DNA of 63,465 bases, filler included, from Craspedostauros australis (GCA_030167865.1; 10 parts of 10 records of this genome joined end to end with filler, not necessarily neighbours in it); one strand, 5' to 3'. Shown: positions 23,457 through 35,666, counted from the first letter of the whole stretch. The notes: generated by a model from the letters alone, not told the origin. Made by a program: numbers and translations.

Positions 23457-26447
23457 ATGAAGTTCACCAACTTCCTCCTCCCGCTCCTCATGGTAGCTCC
23501 AGCCTCCGCGGAGGCAGAGCACTTCAGCCGCCGCCAGCTCAAGGGCGCCAAGGCCGGCAGGGACGAGTACACCGTTAGTACCTTTGACCGCATCGCCACC
23601 TTCCTCGTCTGCTCTCAGCTCGAGCCGACCTGCAACATCGACACTGAGACCGTGGCCGAGATCGTTGTCGCATCTGATGATGGCATGACCCTCATCTACG
23701 GAGACAGCGAGAATGACTCAGTCGGCTTCGTCGACATCACGGATCCTTACAATCCACTGGCCGCGGGAGCCATGGATATCGGCGGCGAGACCACTTCCGT
23801 CGCCGTCGTCGGCAAGTACGTCCTCGCTGCCATCAACACCAGCGCCGACTTCGTCAACACCTCCGGAGAGCTCGTCGTCATCAACATGGAGACCATGTCC
23901 GAGGTCACCAGAATCGACCTGGGCGGACAGCCGGATGCCATCGCCATCTCCAAGGACTACCGCTACGCCGCCATCTGCATCGAGAACGAGCGCGACGAGG
24001 ACCTCGGCGACGGTGCCCCACCGCAGGCGCCAGCCGGCTTCCTCGTCGTCCTGGACCTCATGGGAGCGCCCACCGACTGGGTCAAGACCGACATCGATCT
24101 CGTCGGATTGGACGGAGTCAAGTTCCCAGACGATCCAGAGCCAGAATACGTCTCCATCAACGAGCACAACATCGCCATCGTTGGTCTGCAGGAGAACAAC
24201 GCCCTGATCGAGGTCGATCTCGCCACCAAGATGGTCATCGACTCCTACTCTGCCGGCACCGTCGACCTCACCGACATCGACGTCACCGAGTAAGCGCCTC
24301 CGTGCTTGTGCCTTGGTTTGTGCCTGTATTTGCTAGTATATGTTTGTGTTGGACTGACTGACTGACTGACTCACCGAACACGTTCCACTCTACCACAACC
24401 TTTCTGCATTCCATCTCTCCGCATGATATCACAGGGAAGAGATCGTCACCTTCACAGACTCCCTCTCTGGGGTCCCCCGCGAGCCAGATGGTGTCGCCTG
24501 GATCGACAACCAGTACTTCGTCACCGCCGACGAGGGTGACCTCGACGGAGGCAGCCGCGGGTTCACCGTCTTCGATAGCTACGACAACAGCGTCGCCTAC
24601 TCATCCGGCAACATGCTCGATCACATGGCCGCCCGTCTCGGACATTACCCTGAGCACCGTTCCGAAAACAAGGGAAATGAGGTGCGTCGCAACATTGATG
24701 AGTACCTCCACATACACATACATACATGTGTGTATGTGTGTGTGTGTGATATTCTTTCCTCATGATGTCCTTCTAATGTCCTTATGGTGTCCTCGCGATG
24801 TCCTTACGTTGTCATGCACTCACATGTCTTCATCTGCCCCCATTCACATCCATCTTCCTTCATCTGTTCATCCACTCGTTCATCCTTCAACACATTCTGG
24901 ATATCGTACAGCCTGAGAACGTGGTCGTCGGCACCTTCGACGGAGACAGACTCCTCTTCGTCATCTCCGAGCGAACCGGCCTGATCTTCGTCTTCAACAT
25001 CAACTACCCGACCTCGCCCAAGTACGTCCAGGCCCTGCCATCCGGCGTCGGCCCAGAGGGTGGATTCGCCATCCCATCCCGCGGACTCTTCGTCGCTGCC
25101 GCTGAAGTCGACGACCGTGGCGACAAGATCCGTTCCAGCATCTCCATCTACAGCTACGGCCTTGGAGAGCCAGAGTACCCGTTCCTCATCTCCGCCGACC
25201 GCGAAGGATCTCCGGGCATTCCAATCCCATGGGCTGCCATCAGCGGATTGGCCGCAGAGACCCGCATTTATGATTACCACATGGATGACCGACTCACCAA
25301 GATGCCAAAGATGAGCAAGGAGCCAAGCGAGTACGACGGCGACGTGACCACCAAGGCACCAAAGCAATCGAAGGGCGTTAAGGGCCGCAACCTCAAGGGT
25401 AACAAGGGTGTCGTCGCCGATGATGGAGCCACCAAGTTGCCCAAGGCTGCCAAGGGCTTCAAGGAAGAGAAGGAATACAAGGAAGAGAAGGAACCCAAGG
25501 CTGCCAAGTTCGACAAGAAGCGCTCCTCCTCTGAATATATCCTCTACGCCGTCGAAGACTCTGCTTACGACAAGAGCCGCATCTTCACCATCGACACCGA
25601 GGAATACCCATCCGTCCTCACCAAGGAGACCCGCATCATGGACACCATGGACGTTCTCAAGAACATGGACACCTACGGAGAGTTCACCGCCGACGACCTC
25701 GCTGCCCTCGTCAACGACGACGATACCGTCAACCTCGACCTCGAGGGCATCGCCGTCACACACCTCGATGATGGTTTCTGGGTAGTCCACGAGGGACGTG
25801 GAACCGCTGGAAGTGCCCAACGCCCCGTCGAATCTCTCAACATGCTCATCAAGGTCAGCAGCTACGGCGTCATCGAGAAGGTCGTCACCCTCCCAGACGA
25901 GCTCAATGACGCCCAGTACCGATACGGTTTCGAGGGTGTCGTCGAACCCACCGGCGAATTCGAAGGCTATGTCGCCATCACCATGCAACGCGCCTGGCCA
26001 GGCGACGACCACCCACGCATCGCCGTCTACGACATCGAGGACGACGAGTGGATGTTCTTCTTCTACCCACTCGACCCCGTCGAATCCCAGAACGGAGGAT
26101 GGGTCGGCCTTTCCGACATCGCATCGATCGGCGAAGCCGAATTCCTCGTGCTCGAGCGCGACAACCAGGCAGGCCCGGATGCCGCCATCAAGAGAATCTA
26201 CTACATCGACCTGGGCGAACAGGAGCCGGGCGATGTCGTGGACAAGACCCTCGCCTTTGATCTGCTTGAACCCCTCGAGGAGATCACATTCGATCTCATC
26301 CTCGAGAAGATGGAAGGTTTGACCATCGACAATGAAGGATATGTGTGGGTCGCCAACGACAACGACGGCACTGACGACAACAACGGTTACACCGTGGTTG
26401 GTGTCCCCGTCTCACTCGATGAGATCGAAGACGAGTTTGAACTCTAA
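23457..26447 (+). CDS. Secreted alkaline phosphatase / phytase-like esterase, 3 exons (23457-24289, 24435-24681, 24912-26447)
   Basis: Signal peptide MKFTNFLLPLLMVAPASA. Motifs FDRIATF, ENERDED, DPEPEYV, REPDGVAW, TADEGD, KGNE|PEN, DLEGIA, GFEGV, LERDNQ, EKMEGL and NDNDG match this bacterial-type family. Confidence 0.88.
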
Positions 26448-26927
26448 GACAAGGACCCATGATCACGAGAGGCAGATGCCGATACCGATATCGATGGTGA
26501 GCATGATGCTAGCATCCTCACATGGCGATTGTGGCCATGGATCACAACGTAGCACCATTCGTCCAAAGTTGCTTGAGTCCAAAGCACATGTAATTACATT
26601 AATGTTTATTCTTAAATGACGAGCAGTACGAGCAATAGTGTTACTGTTGATGGAATGATGTCGGCTTGCGACGGGCGCATGCACATAACGGCGCGCCTCA
26701 ATGCAAGGAATCTAGTCGACAGAGAGCCTCCCATCTCCGGCATCGCGTTGATCTGTGGACACGTTCCCTTGGATGTACATGCTAGTGTTACTCAGGCTAT
26801 TGTGAAGGTCAACCAGTCTGTGGTGGAATATTCCATTATGAACTCTAGTATCATCCTTTTATTATGTTTCTGTTACAACATATGCTCCAATATATACATG
26901 CACACAAGTATGCACACAAACAGTGCT

Positions 26928-29900
26928 CTACACCTGCCCCGAGCTCATGTGTGATTCGATGCTGCTGTCGTTGGAGTAGTAGCTGGAGGACATAGAATGC
27001 GTGCTGGACATGGTGGACTTGCACACGGCGTCGACGGCGTTGGAGGTGGTGCATTCCTGCTGCGATTCGTCGATCGTGGTGAGGGATGGGTTGATGTTTG
27101 TGCCGGGCTTGTTTGTCTCTGTTGCGATATCGCTGGTGTGCAGATTCGGGATCGACGGCATGTACGTGTTGGCGGTGGTTGTCGGCGTGACGGGAGTTGT
27201 GGTGGTGGGAGTCCACGGCGTCATCGGCGGCGAGTTCATCGTCACGACCGGCTTGCCCGTTGCAAGTGGTGTGGAAGACGCACGAACGTGGCTGCTGCCC
27301 GATGTGTAGGCGGCTCCGCGACCGACCTGCGACGGAGATTCGGCTTGGCTGTTGTTGGCGTACTGCGAAAAGTTGGTCGAGAGTCCGTATCCTTGTCGAG
27401 CACCGCAGGTGCAGTATCCGCTGCCCTGTTGCAAGGTGGCGCCGCTGACGCGGACCTGGCCGATGGAAGAGCCGCGCTTGGATCTCTTCACGGCGACCTC
27501 CTTGCGGAAGTGGACGTAGTACAGCTTGGGCGCGAATATGAGCGTGATGGTGGTGATAGAGAAGAGGAAGAAGACGCTGCTCTGTCCCACGTACCGCACG
27601 GTCGTCGACTTGTCATCGACGAAGAGGATGACGGGGATGCTGATCATGAGAAGCTGGAACTGGGCGATGATCATGCTGAAGATCCACCGCGTCTCGGCGT
27701 ACTTGTTGTCAATATCTCTCGTCTTCCACACGAGACTCATGGTGAGGACGGGTGGAATGAGCATGACGAGGAAGATGGGCGTGAACCAGTAGACCGTTCC
27801 ATCGCCTTTGCAGTTGCCCGTCGTCTCGCCTGTGAGCTCGTCCACCACGGTCCTGCGCCAATCGAAGCCGCCCATGACCGTCCACGCGGCCATGGTGACG
27901 ATCACGACGAAGAGCAACGCGGACGCCGGGCCGATGACGGACAGCGCCGTCGTCTTCTTGCGCGAGAACTGCAGGACCTTTTGGATGCGCCACAGCTTGC
28001 ACCACAGCGCGCTGTAGATGAGCGTGAAGCCAATGACGATGAGCCAGGGACTGGAGGTGCAGGCCCGGCCCAGTTCATCGGGCGTCCACCCGTAGCTCTC
28101 GTCGAAGGAGTTGGAGATGATGGAACCGCACAGGCACATGGAACCGACGATGAGGACGTAGAGGAATTCCGGCTGCGCCGCCTTGAGGGCCTTCGTCTCG
28201 CGCTTCCAGAAGACCCACGCGATGAGAGACACATGCAGGATCATGGAGAGCGTGAACAAGGTGAATCCGTAGACACGCGCCGCTTGCTCCAAGTGATTCT
28301 CGTTCACGATCCGTCTGAGCAGAGACGGCGGTTCCAAGGCACCGTGGAAGTACACGAACGGTCGCACGGATTGCCACTGCCGATCATCGTTGTCGGTGTG
28401 ATTGCTGACGAGCAAGACATCGGTGATGCTCTTGACCAGGTTGGATGCGGCGATCTGCGACGACTCATCCTCATCGAATTCTTCATCGAGAGTGCCTGGC
28501 TGGATCATGCTGTCGCGGAAGAGGTTGAATATGGCGATGGGCAGGAAGGATCCGAAGCGCTCGCCCTCATCCCATCCCGACTGGTGGAACTTCACGTGTC
28601 CCGTGGCGCCGTCGAATTTCAGCCGCCGTATGTAGGCCGCCACATCGTTTGGAACGAGAGACGTGCTGTTGCTGTTGTCGTTGTTCGTTTGTTCCGCATT
28701 CATGGACTGATGCAAGGCCTTCGCCAACGAGATGGTCGCATCGTAGACGTAGGCAGAGTTGGAGGATGGGAAGGTCGTCTGGAAATAGTCTTCGCGCTGG
28801 ACGGAGTTGAGAATGGAATCATCCATGCTGAGATGGTGCGATGGCTCCCATTGCGATGCCCGCCACGCCTTGAGGAACGGATCGCGATCGGCATTGTAAA
28901 TGAAACCTTCGACGGGACAGATGATGGCGCTGCCCATGATCAGGCGCAAGATGCGGTCGTAACCCTGTTTCCTGCTGTCGCCGGCCACGAAATCCTGCTG
29001 CCGCTGCTTGATCTGCAGCAACGCTTCGGGACCGACGTCGCCAATGAGCGTCCAGACGTATCCATCCTCGGGCATCATGTTCTTCTGTTCCGCGATCTTG
29101 GCCATATAGGGCAGCTCGAGCCACACGTCCTCGACGATCCAGACGATCGTGAGGAATCCGCGATCGAAGATCTCCTGCAACGCCGACGCGATGGACCGAT
29201 CGTCGATGTTGGCAATGCTGGTGGCGTCATTATCCGCGGCATCGAAAGTGGAGGCCACCCTCTGCGTGAGCGCGGCCGCATCGAGATTGAAGCTGACGGA
29301 CATGGTCGAGTCTTGCGTCGTCTGCGCGTCGATCGATCTGACGAGGAGCATGGCCTCGTGCAGATTGATGCTGGTGGGATTCGTGGCATGCAGCAGGGCG
29401 ACGTACTTGGAACGATGAATGTACTGCAAATATTTGCTCGCCGCCGTGGCCAAGCTGAAGGCATCGATGCTGAGACGCGTCGTCATGTGCGTTGGGGCAT
29501 CTGTGGTTGGCTGTGTGGAGGGTTCGGACATGGCCTGCATCGTCATGGTGGCCGCGTTGGATGCCGTGGCCGCAAGGGAGCGTTGGTAGCCACCCCCGAT
29601 GACCAGCAAGGGGACGTTCCACGCTTCCGCCAAGGCGCTCCATTCCAGGAACGATCGCGGGCGCAGGAAGTTGGACAGGAGCAAGGCATCGAACGCGGCA
29701 TCCTGCGATGCGGTGGTGCTTGATTTGGCCAGGTCGTCGAGAGCATCCAACGCAATCCTCAATGCCGATTGCTCATCCGATCCATCGTTGGGCAGGAAGC
29801 GCACGTGCACCTTGACATTGAAGTCGATGTCGACGTCAATGTCGTGGGTCGCAGAGTCATTATGTTGCTGATCGGAGTTGGCACCCACAACGAAGCTGTC

Positions 29901-30596
29901 GCCTTGATGGAAATGACGCAGCGCCAGATCGATGGCTGCCGCATGCGAGATGCCCATGTCACACAGAACCTGGCCGTCAGCTTGGCCAGCCGAAGAAGAC
30001 GGCGATGGTTGGCCAATCTCGGTTGCGATGAGTGGCTTGGCGACTGTGCAAGGCAGCAGAGCAAGGATGTGCTTCGTCGTTGTGTTCGTCGATCCTGATG
30101 CGGCTCGTGGTGATGGACTCCACGGTTCCTCCGCATCGTTTGCCTCATCTGCATCATCTTCCGTCAGTTGTCTCTGACCTCGCCGTTCCTGCTGAGTTCG
30201 CTGTTGCGTTTGATCTAGCTTCGATCGTTGTCTATGTCTTTGTTGTTGCCTCCTTCTCTGTCCTGATTGCCGTTGCTGCAGATTGTCGATGGAGGGATTG
30301 CCGTGGTCCTGTGAGAACTGAGATGCTGCCTCCGCTGTTGCTGGTGATGCCTGTGCTTGTGTGAATGCCGAAGTCAGCAAAAGCAGAGCCATCATCATGG
30401 TCATCATCATGGTGATCGACCAAACACGAGCTGATCGAAATCCGACCGTTCTTGCCATCGTCTGTTTGGACATCTTCATCTCTTTCTGTGCTTCTGACTG
30501 TGCTTCTGACTGTATCTCTGTTTGTGTTTGTGTTTGTGTTTGTGTTTGTGTTTGTGTCATCATCATTGCCATCTCCCTTCCGTTTGTTGGTACCAT
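26928..30596 (-). CDS. Class C (GABA-B-like) GPCR with extracellular ligand-binding domain, single exon
   Basis: Signal-like hydrophobic stretch, AYVYDA and FDGATGHVKF in the ectodomain, then seven TM segments with AAQPEFL, KLWRI and IFAPK. The start may be a later ATG. Confidence 0.88.
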   Translation of the reverse strand: MVPTNGREMAMMMTQTQTQTQTQTQTEIQSEAQSEAQKEMKMSKQTMARTVGFRSARVWSITMMMTMMMALLLLTSAFTQAQASPATAEAASQFSQDHGNPSIDNLQQRQSGQRRRQQQRHRQRSKLDQTQQRTQQERRGQRQLTEDDADEANDAEEPWSPSPRAASGSTNTTTKHILALLPCTVAKPLIATEIGQPSPSSSAGQADGQVLCDMGISHAAAIDLALRHFHQGDSFVVGANSDQQHNDSATHDIDVDIDFNVKVHVRFLPNDGSDEQSALRIALDALDDLAKSSTTASQDAAFDALLLSNFLRPRSFLEWSALAEAWNVPLLVIGGGYQRSLAATASNAATMTMQAMSEPSTQPTTDAPTHMTTRLSIDAFSLATAASKYLQYIHRSKYVALLHATNPTSINLHEAMLLVRSIDAQTTQDSTMSVSFNLDAAALTQRVASTFDAADNDATSIANIDDRSIASALQEIFDRGFLTIVWIVEDVWLELPYMAKIAEQKNMMPEDGYVWTLIGDVGPEALLQIKQRQQDFVAGDSRKQGYDRILRLIMGSAIICPVEGFIYNADRDPFLKAWRASQWEPSHHLSMDDSILNSVQREDYFQTTFPSSNSAYVYDATISLAKALHQSMNAEQTNNDNSNSTSLVPNDVAAYIRRLKFDGATGHVKFHQSGWDEGERFGSFLPIAIFNLFRDSMIQPGTLDEEFDEDESSQIAASNLVKSITDVLLVSNHTDNDDRQWQSVRPFVYFHGALEPPSLLRRIVNENHLEQAARVYGFTLFTLSMILHVSLIAWVFWKRETKALKAAQPEFLYVLIVGSMCLCGSIISNSFDESYGWTPDELGRACTSSPWLIVIGFTLIYSALWCKLWRIQKVLQFSRKKTTALSVIGPASALLFVVIVTMAAWTVMGGFDWRRTVVDELTGETTGNCKGDGTVYWFTPIFLVMLIPPVLTMSLVWKTRDIDNKYAETRWIFSMIIAQFQLLMISIPVILFVDDKSTTVRYVGQSSVFFLFSITTITLIFAPKLYYVHFRKEVAVKRSKRGSSIGQVRVSGATLQQGSGYCTCGARQGYGLSTNFSQYANNSQAESPSQVGRGAAYTSGSSHVRASSTPLATGKPVVTMNSPPMTPWTPTTTTPVTPTTTANTYMPSIPNLHTSDIATETNKPGTNINPSLTTIDESQQECTTSNAVDAVCKSTMSSTHSMSSSYYSNDSSIESHMSSGQV

Positions 30597-32324
30597 GCGC
30601 TGCTGCTGCTGTTGATGGTGGTATTGCTTGTAATCGATGGCACTTTCCCCGCTTGCGTTCGATCGGGATTGATGGATGGTACTGTGATGTGATGTACTGT
30701 GATGTGATGTGATGTAGTGCGATTTGATGTGATGTTCGTAAAATTGAATATAGCGAGTTTCTGGTGGAGCCCTTGTTGTTGCTTCCGTTGATGGTTGATG
30801 CTGTTGGTTGATGTTGGTAATGCTGTTGTTGGTAATGCTGTTGTGGAGGCTGGTGCTGATGGTTTTGGACCTTGGTCGTCAAGTGAACCCTCTGTGTCTT
30901 CGTTGCCGTCTGTTTGCTGTCGAACCAACCGACCAACAAAGTCGCCGACGAAGTCGCCGACCTGGTGCTGTTCCTGTGATGGTTGCAATACTGTTGCTGT
31001 CGCCGTTTCCCGTGTTCTTCCTCTGTTTGCCACGGTCCTTTCTCTTTCTTTCTGTTTGTCTGTTGGGCTTTCTACCTTACGTTTGGCGTTTAATGGCGTT
31101 GTGTTTGTGTGCGTCCTCGCGAACTTCGCGACGCACACGAAGTGCTACTAGTATGTCCCAACCAACCAGTGGCCGTGTGTTCGCGCTTTCGTTCGCACGA
31201 GTGGGCATAATGCACACGTGGCCTTCAAACGGAAGAGCATCACAGAAGAAGCGGCGTCCAAGGTGACGTTTGGACTCAAGCAAACAACTACCCGTAACAG
31301 CGTGAGCGCCACACGCACAATGACAAAAATAACAAGATTGTATGTCTCCCGTTTGCACCCCGTTCATACGAGTACGATCGTTTGTAGAGTAAAGGTGACG
31401 GTCCGAACGACAGCGCCTCGATAAGTATTTGTAGAAACCGCGGGGTCAACACCAACCACGTTCCATACGCTTCTCAAGAAAAAGAATAAATGTGAACTCT
31501 TGAGCAGCCCAAGCGTTTTTCCGCTTCTTCTTTCCATTCTCTGAAGAATAGCGTTGATCAAATGTTGCTCAAGTAGTACTCCACGTAGTCAATACTAAGA
31601 ACACAATATTACGTCTACCATTTGTACGGTAGTAAGTCCGTCATGTAGAAGAAAGCGACGTTCTGTATTGTTCATTGCCAATCCGGTCATTCCGAGTACT
31701 TCGACCAAGATTCAACCAGTGCGGTACTACCTACGCACCTTTGGACATTTGACTTCAACAACAACAGCGGCAACTCCGTGGAACGATGGTCTTGGACTTC
31801 TCAGGAACAATTTATACCAACTCGTGATGATTGGACGGTTGCAGGGCTTTGGGATGCGCGTGTTTCCTTGTTCACTTTCGCGTCGTGCCAGATGTGAACA
31901 GAAACATTGAACCATAAGTAGCCCTGTTCGGATTCTCCCTCGTGTGACTCTACCTCTTGTGTCCAATCCATGGATGGAGCGCTGCGAAAAGATGGCGCTG
32001 TCTCGGCTTGCGGACGATCGTTCGCCTCCGCCTTTACACTCTTATCACAAATTGCATCCGCAACGCGCAATACCGCCATTCTGTGCATCGCCGCCATCAT
32101 CCCACCAGGTTCTCGTGTACTTAAAACATGACGCACAGCGTGGAATACATAATTCGGCGTGCTGATGCACAGAGGTTGGTGTACAGAGGTCGTTGGGCAG
32201 AGATCGCATCACAAATAGCAACAACAACAACAACAACAACAACCCTGGAGAGGTGAGACCAGCGAAGCCACTACCTCCTGCAGCTCCATTCATCACATCC
32301 ATACTCCACACTCATCGATAGACA

Positions 32325-33872
32325 ATGGACACTCGCACGCTGATGACTGGTCCACTCATACCCTCAGACAACAACAAACACAATGACAAAGGCGGCAACG
32401 ACCACAAGCAGCAACGCGAACGAGCCCGCGCGTTGCTGCTGGTCACCATGGGCACAACGACGAAGCTCAAGATGCCCGTGCTGTGCCTCATGGCGATCTT
32501 CTTCCTCATGGGACAGACCTTCATAGCAAGCAACGTGCCGCAGTTCGCGTATCGTGCAACCTCGGAAGTGGAAGATGCCAACGTGCAGGTGCAGGTGCAG
32601 GACAGTGGCAAACCCCGCTTCATCATTCATCTCGGACCGCCCAAGACGGCGACGACCTCGATGCAGACGGATCTGGTGGAGCTCGTTCGCAATGGGATGC
32701 TAGGCGAAGACCAGTACGCGTATGCCGGCCATCTGTGTCTCAAGAAACCCTTCCGCGGTCTCCATATGTGCCGATTGAAGATGCTGTTCGACAAGAGAGC
32801 GATGGTGGACCAGTATCCCGTATACATGGAGCAACTGCAGCAGCAGCAGATACTGTCGGTGCTGGACAATCAGACAGTGCCACACGACTCTGTTGATGCT
32901 GCACCATCAACTGTGTCGCAATCACGTGCCTTACAATCGTCGTCAGAGATCCAGATACCGCGAATCTTGCGACAGGCGAAGTCGGTGTTGGACGGCGCCA
33001 GACAACAGGGCCTCTCTATCATCTACAGCGAAGAGATGGAGTCACGCCGACAAAAGTTCGAACCCGGCGGCGCCTTCCACAGCCCCAAGTACTTCGACAG
33101 CTTGCGCCATCTCCTCGAGGACTGGGACGTCTCGGTCGTCATCACGTACCGCCGCGTCTTCGATTGGGTCCTCAGCAGCCACAAGCAGACGATGGGCGCC
33201 GACGTCGAGAAGCACGGCACCTCGTCGCGTTGGATTGATGCCACGCGCTACAACGACACGTGGGACTGCATGCGGAACTGGATGCAAGAACATACGGCGC
33301 CGACGCGCAGCATGGGCTCCAAGTACGTCTTCATCGATGGTATCCTCCCGGCGTGGCGTGGATTCCCCGTGCGCATCCTCAATTTCCATGACGAGCGACA
33401 CATCTCGCAGCAGTTCCTCTGCGATTGGGCGCCGCGATCGTGCGCGTTCCTGCAGGACAAGACGCAGAATCCTCCCAAGAATGCGCGGCATATGGTGTGG
33501 TACAGATACAACGATATCGTCTTCACTGCGGCGCAACGCGGCGTCATCGACGCGAGTCGCAACCGTTTGGAGATGGTCAACGAGCTGTCGCAGTATCATT
33601 CCGGCGTGCTCAACAAGACCATGGCGGATTTGCCGTTGCGTTGCCCGCCCGAGGATGAGCTGCAGCAGCTGTTGGCCATGTCGCTTGCGGTCGAGAAGGA
33701 ATGGATGCCACAATGGTACGCGTCTCCGCAAGGTGAAGCGGCGCATCGGCTGGCGTTTCATCGCACCGCGTACGAGAAGCGCGAATTTTGCAGCGTGGAC
33801 ATGGATCGGTTGTTTGAAGGTGTGGACTCGTGGGATGGTCTGTTGGATAGACTCAAGCATACATGGCTATAA
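32325..33872 (+). CDS. Sulfotransferase-like P-loop protein, type II membrane
   Basis: N-terminal TM; motifs FIIHLGPPKTATTSMQ, IIYSEE and VVITYRR...WVLS. Confidence 0.7.
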   Translation: MDTRTLMTGPLIPSDNNKHNDKGGNDHKQQRERARALLLVTMGTTTKLKMPVLCLMAIFFLMGQTFIASNVPQFAYRATSEVEDANVQVQVQDSGKPRFIIHLGPPKTATTSMQTDLVELVRNGMLGEDQYAYAGHLCLKKPFRGLHMCRLKMLFDKRAMVDQYPVYMEQLQQQQILSVLDNQTVPHDSVDAAPSTVSQSRALQSSSEIQIPRILRQAKSVLDGARQQGLSIIYSEEMESRRQKFEPGGAFHSPKYFDSLRHLLEDWDVSVVITYRRVFDWVLSSHKQTMGADVEKHGTSSRWIDATRYNDTWDCMRNWMQEHTAPTRSMGSKYVFIDGILPAWRGFPVRILNFHDERHISQQFLCDWAPRSCAFLQDKTQNPPKNARHMVWYRYNDIVFTAAQRGVIDASRNRLEMVNELSQYHSGVLNKTMADLPLRCPPEDELQQLLAMSLAVEKEWMPQWYASPQGEAAHRLAFHRTAYEKREFCSVDMDRLFEGVDSWDGLLDRLKHTWL

Positions 33873-33930
33873 TGCATGTGGACATGTGCGTACGGGGTAT
33901 GCATGTGAGTAGTGTAGAACTAGAAAGAAT

Positions 33931-33955
33931 GAGAGAGAGAGAGAGAGAGAGAGAG
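33931..33955. repeat. (GA)n microsatellite
   Basis: Directly visible. Confidence 0.9.
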
Positions 33956-34100
33956 GCATGGGGAGAGTCTGTAAAATATAAAAGGGAGCACTGTATTATA
34001 TCATATCATTTCGTGCCATATCATATTATGCCATATCATAGACCAGAGTAGAACTTCTGCGTACTTGGGTGTAAGCACACTCTTGTGATCCACCGCCGTT

Positions 34101-35666
34101 CTACATCTGAAAGGCCATACACGTCCCGACACCACCAATGACGACGCCGAATGTGGCAATGCACGAACACAGTTGGCATTCCCACCGCTGCACCGTCGTG
34201 AGAGGACGCCGCAACGCCGCCTGGTACATGAGGGCGGGATAGATGAAGATGAGCGACGATCCCAGAACGGCGCCCGAGATGGACGCCACGAAGGTAAGGT
34301 CCGTGATGCGCAGCGCGAAGGCGGTGATGACGAGCAGCAGGATCACGGTGATGTGATCATGGCTATGCTGCGGGATGCGCAAGAAGTCCATCACGCCTTC
34401 TCTGGCGCCGACGAAGAGCAGCGGATAGGAGAAGACCAACGACACCGCCATGGCGAAACGGCTCGTGCTGATCCAGACGTCGCCGGTCGAGTAGTTGTTG
34501 AGGATGCATCCGTCCGACGCGCTGCCGAAGGTGAGGAAGCCCATCGTGGGGAGGGCGATGTAGAACGCCATCGATGCCGCGAAGGACGACGCCACGACGG
34601 TGTTGAATCGCTGCATCGTGTTGTTCTTGAGTTCCCTGTAGAACTTGGGCGCGTTGAAGTGCGCGATGTACGCCGTCGACAGCATGGAAACGAGGACGAG
34701 AGATTTGGGATTGAGGACGCCGACGGCACCAACCGAACCGAACGTCGGCTTCGAGACGATGTCGGCCACGAACTCGCCGGCCGGCATGGCGTAGGCGCCG
34801 CCGAAGTAACGCACGGCGATGGCGAGGAAGGTGTAGGCCATACCCAGGATGCCCGCGAGCGAGAACGGGGCCAACGAGGACAGATCGCGGATGAGGCACA
34901 GCGGCAGCAGGACCGTGACGGCGAGTCCCACGAGGGCGTGCGATCGTGAGACGTGCAGACCGATGCCGGCCAGCAGGTCCTTGGAGGTGTCGGCCAACAC
35001 CATGCTGCAGGTGACGGTGCCCGCGAAGCAATCCAAGGCCGACGACGCCGCGACGATCCAGGCCGTGCCTCTGCCTCTCGTTTTGTCCCAGCAGTCGGCG
35101 TAGGTCGTCGCGCCGGTGATCTTGCAGACCTTGGCGATGAGGCAGAAGGTGTAGGCGGAGATGACGCCCATGATGGCGATGAGGACGGTGGCGGGGATCA
35201 GCGCGCTGGGTGCGTCTCCGTATTCCGCAATGCCTGATGGCAGACTCAGCACGCCCGCGCCGATGATGTTCTTGATGAGGTTGAAGATCTCATCGGGGAT
35301 GGTTGCCGTGCCTCCGTTGGGATTTGACGCATCCACGTGGATCGCTGGGGTGACCAACGTTGTCTGGCCTCTACTGCTCGCACTCGCACTAACAGTATTG
35401 TTGTGAATTCGTTTCCGTACTTGAGTCTGGTGATGCTGTTGCTGTTGCTGATGATGTTGATGCACAGGCGCACTCATGTGGATACTGGTGTTCATGCCTG
35501 TATTCATCTCCACATCTATGCACTTACTCGTGGCCGCGATTGTCATCGTCATCGCCATCGTCGTTGTTTCCGTCATGTTGGTTGCAGTTGTTGATTGTCG
35601 TGGGTTGCCGCGGATTGTGCGTATAGTATTAGGACTATTCGGACTACTATATGTGTATTGTCCCAA
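34101..35666 (-). CDS. Amino acid transporter (AAAP / SLC38-like); start may be a downstream ATG
   Basis: FNLIKNIIGAGVLSLP, AYIAHFN, GFLTFG, ILNNY and SYPL, with about 11 TM segments. Confidence 0.9.
   Translation of the reverse strand: MGQYTYSSPNSPNTIRTIRGNPRQSTTATNMTETTTMAMTMTIAATSKCIDVEMNTGMNTSIHMSAPVHQHHQQQQQHHQTQVRKRIHNNTVSASASSRGQTTLVTPAIHVDASNPNGGTATIPDEIFNLIKNIIGAGVLSLPSGIAEYGDAPSALIPATVLIAIMGVISAYTFCLIAKVCKITGATTYADCWDKTRGRGTAWIVAASSALDCFAGTVTCSMVLADTSKDLLAGIGLHVSRSHALVGLAVTVLLPLCLIRDLSSLAPFSLAGILGMAYTFLAIAVRYFGGAYAMPAGEFVADIVSKPTFGSVGAVGVLNPKSLVLVSMLSTAYIAHFNAPKFYRELKNNTMQRFNTVVASSFAASMAFYIALPTMGFLTFGSASDGCILNNYSTGDVWISTSRFAMAVSLVFSYPLLFVGAREGVMDFLRIPQHSHDHITVILLLVITAFALRITDLTFVASISGAVLGSSLIFIYPALMYQAALRRPLTTVQRWECQLCSCIATFGVVIGGVGTCMAFQM

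Noticed and set aside
26997..29723. 908-aa ORF antisense to the GPCR (also 17816-19030, 19563-20681, 24804-26012)
   Set aside because: Shadow ORFs caused by GC3-rich codon bias on the opposite strand; no recognisable motifs.
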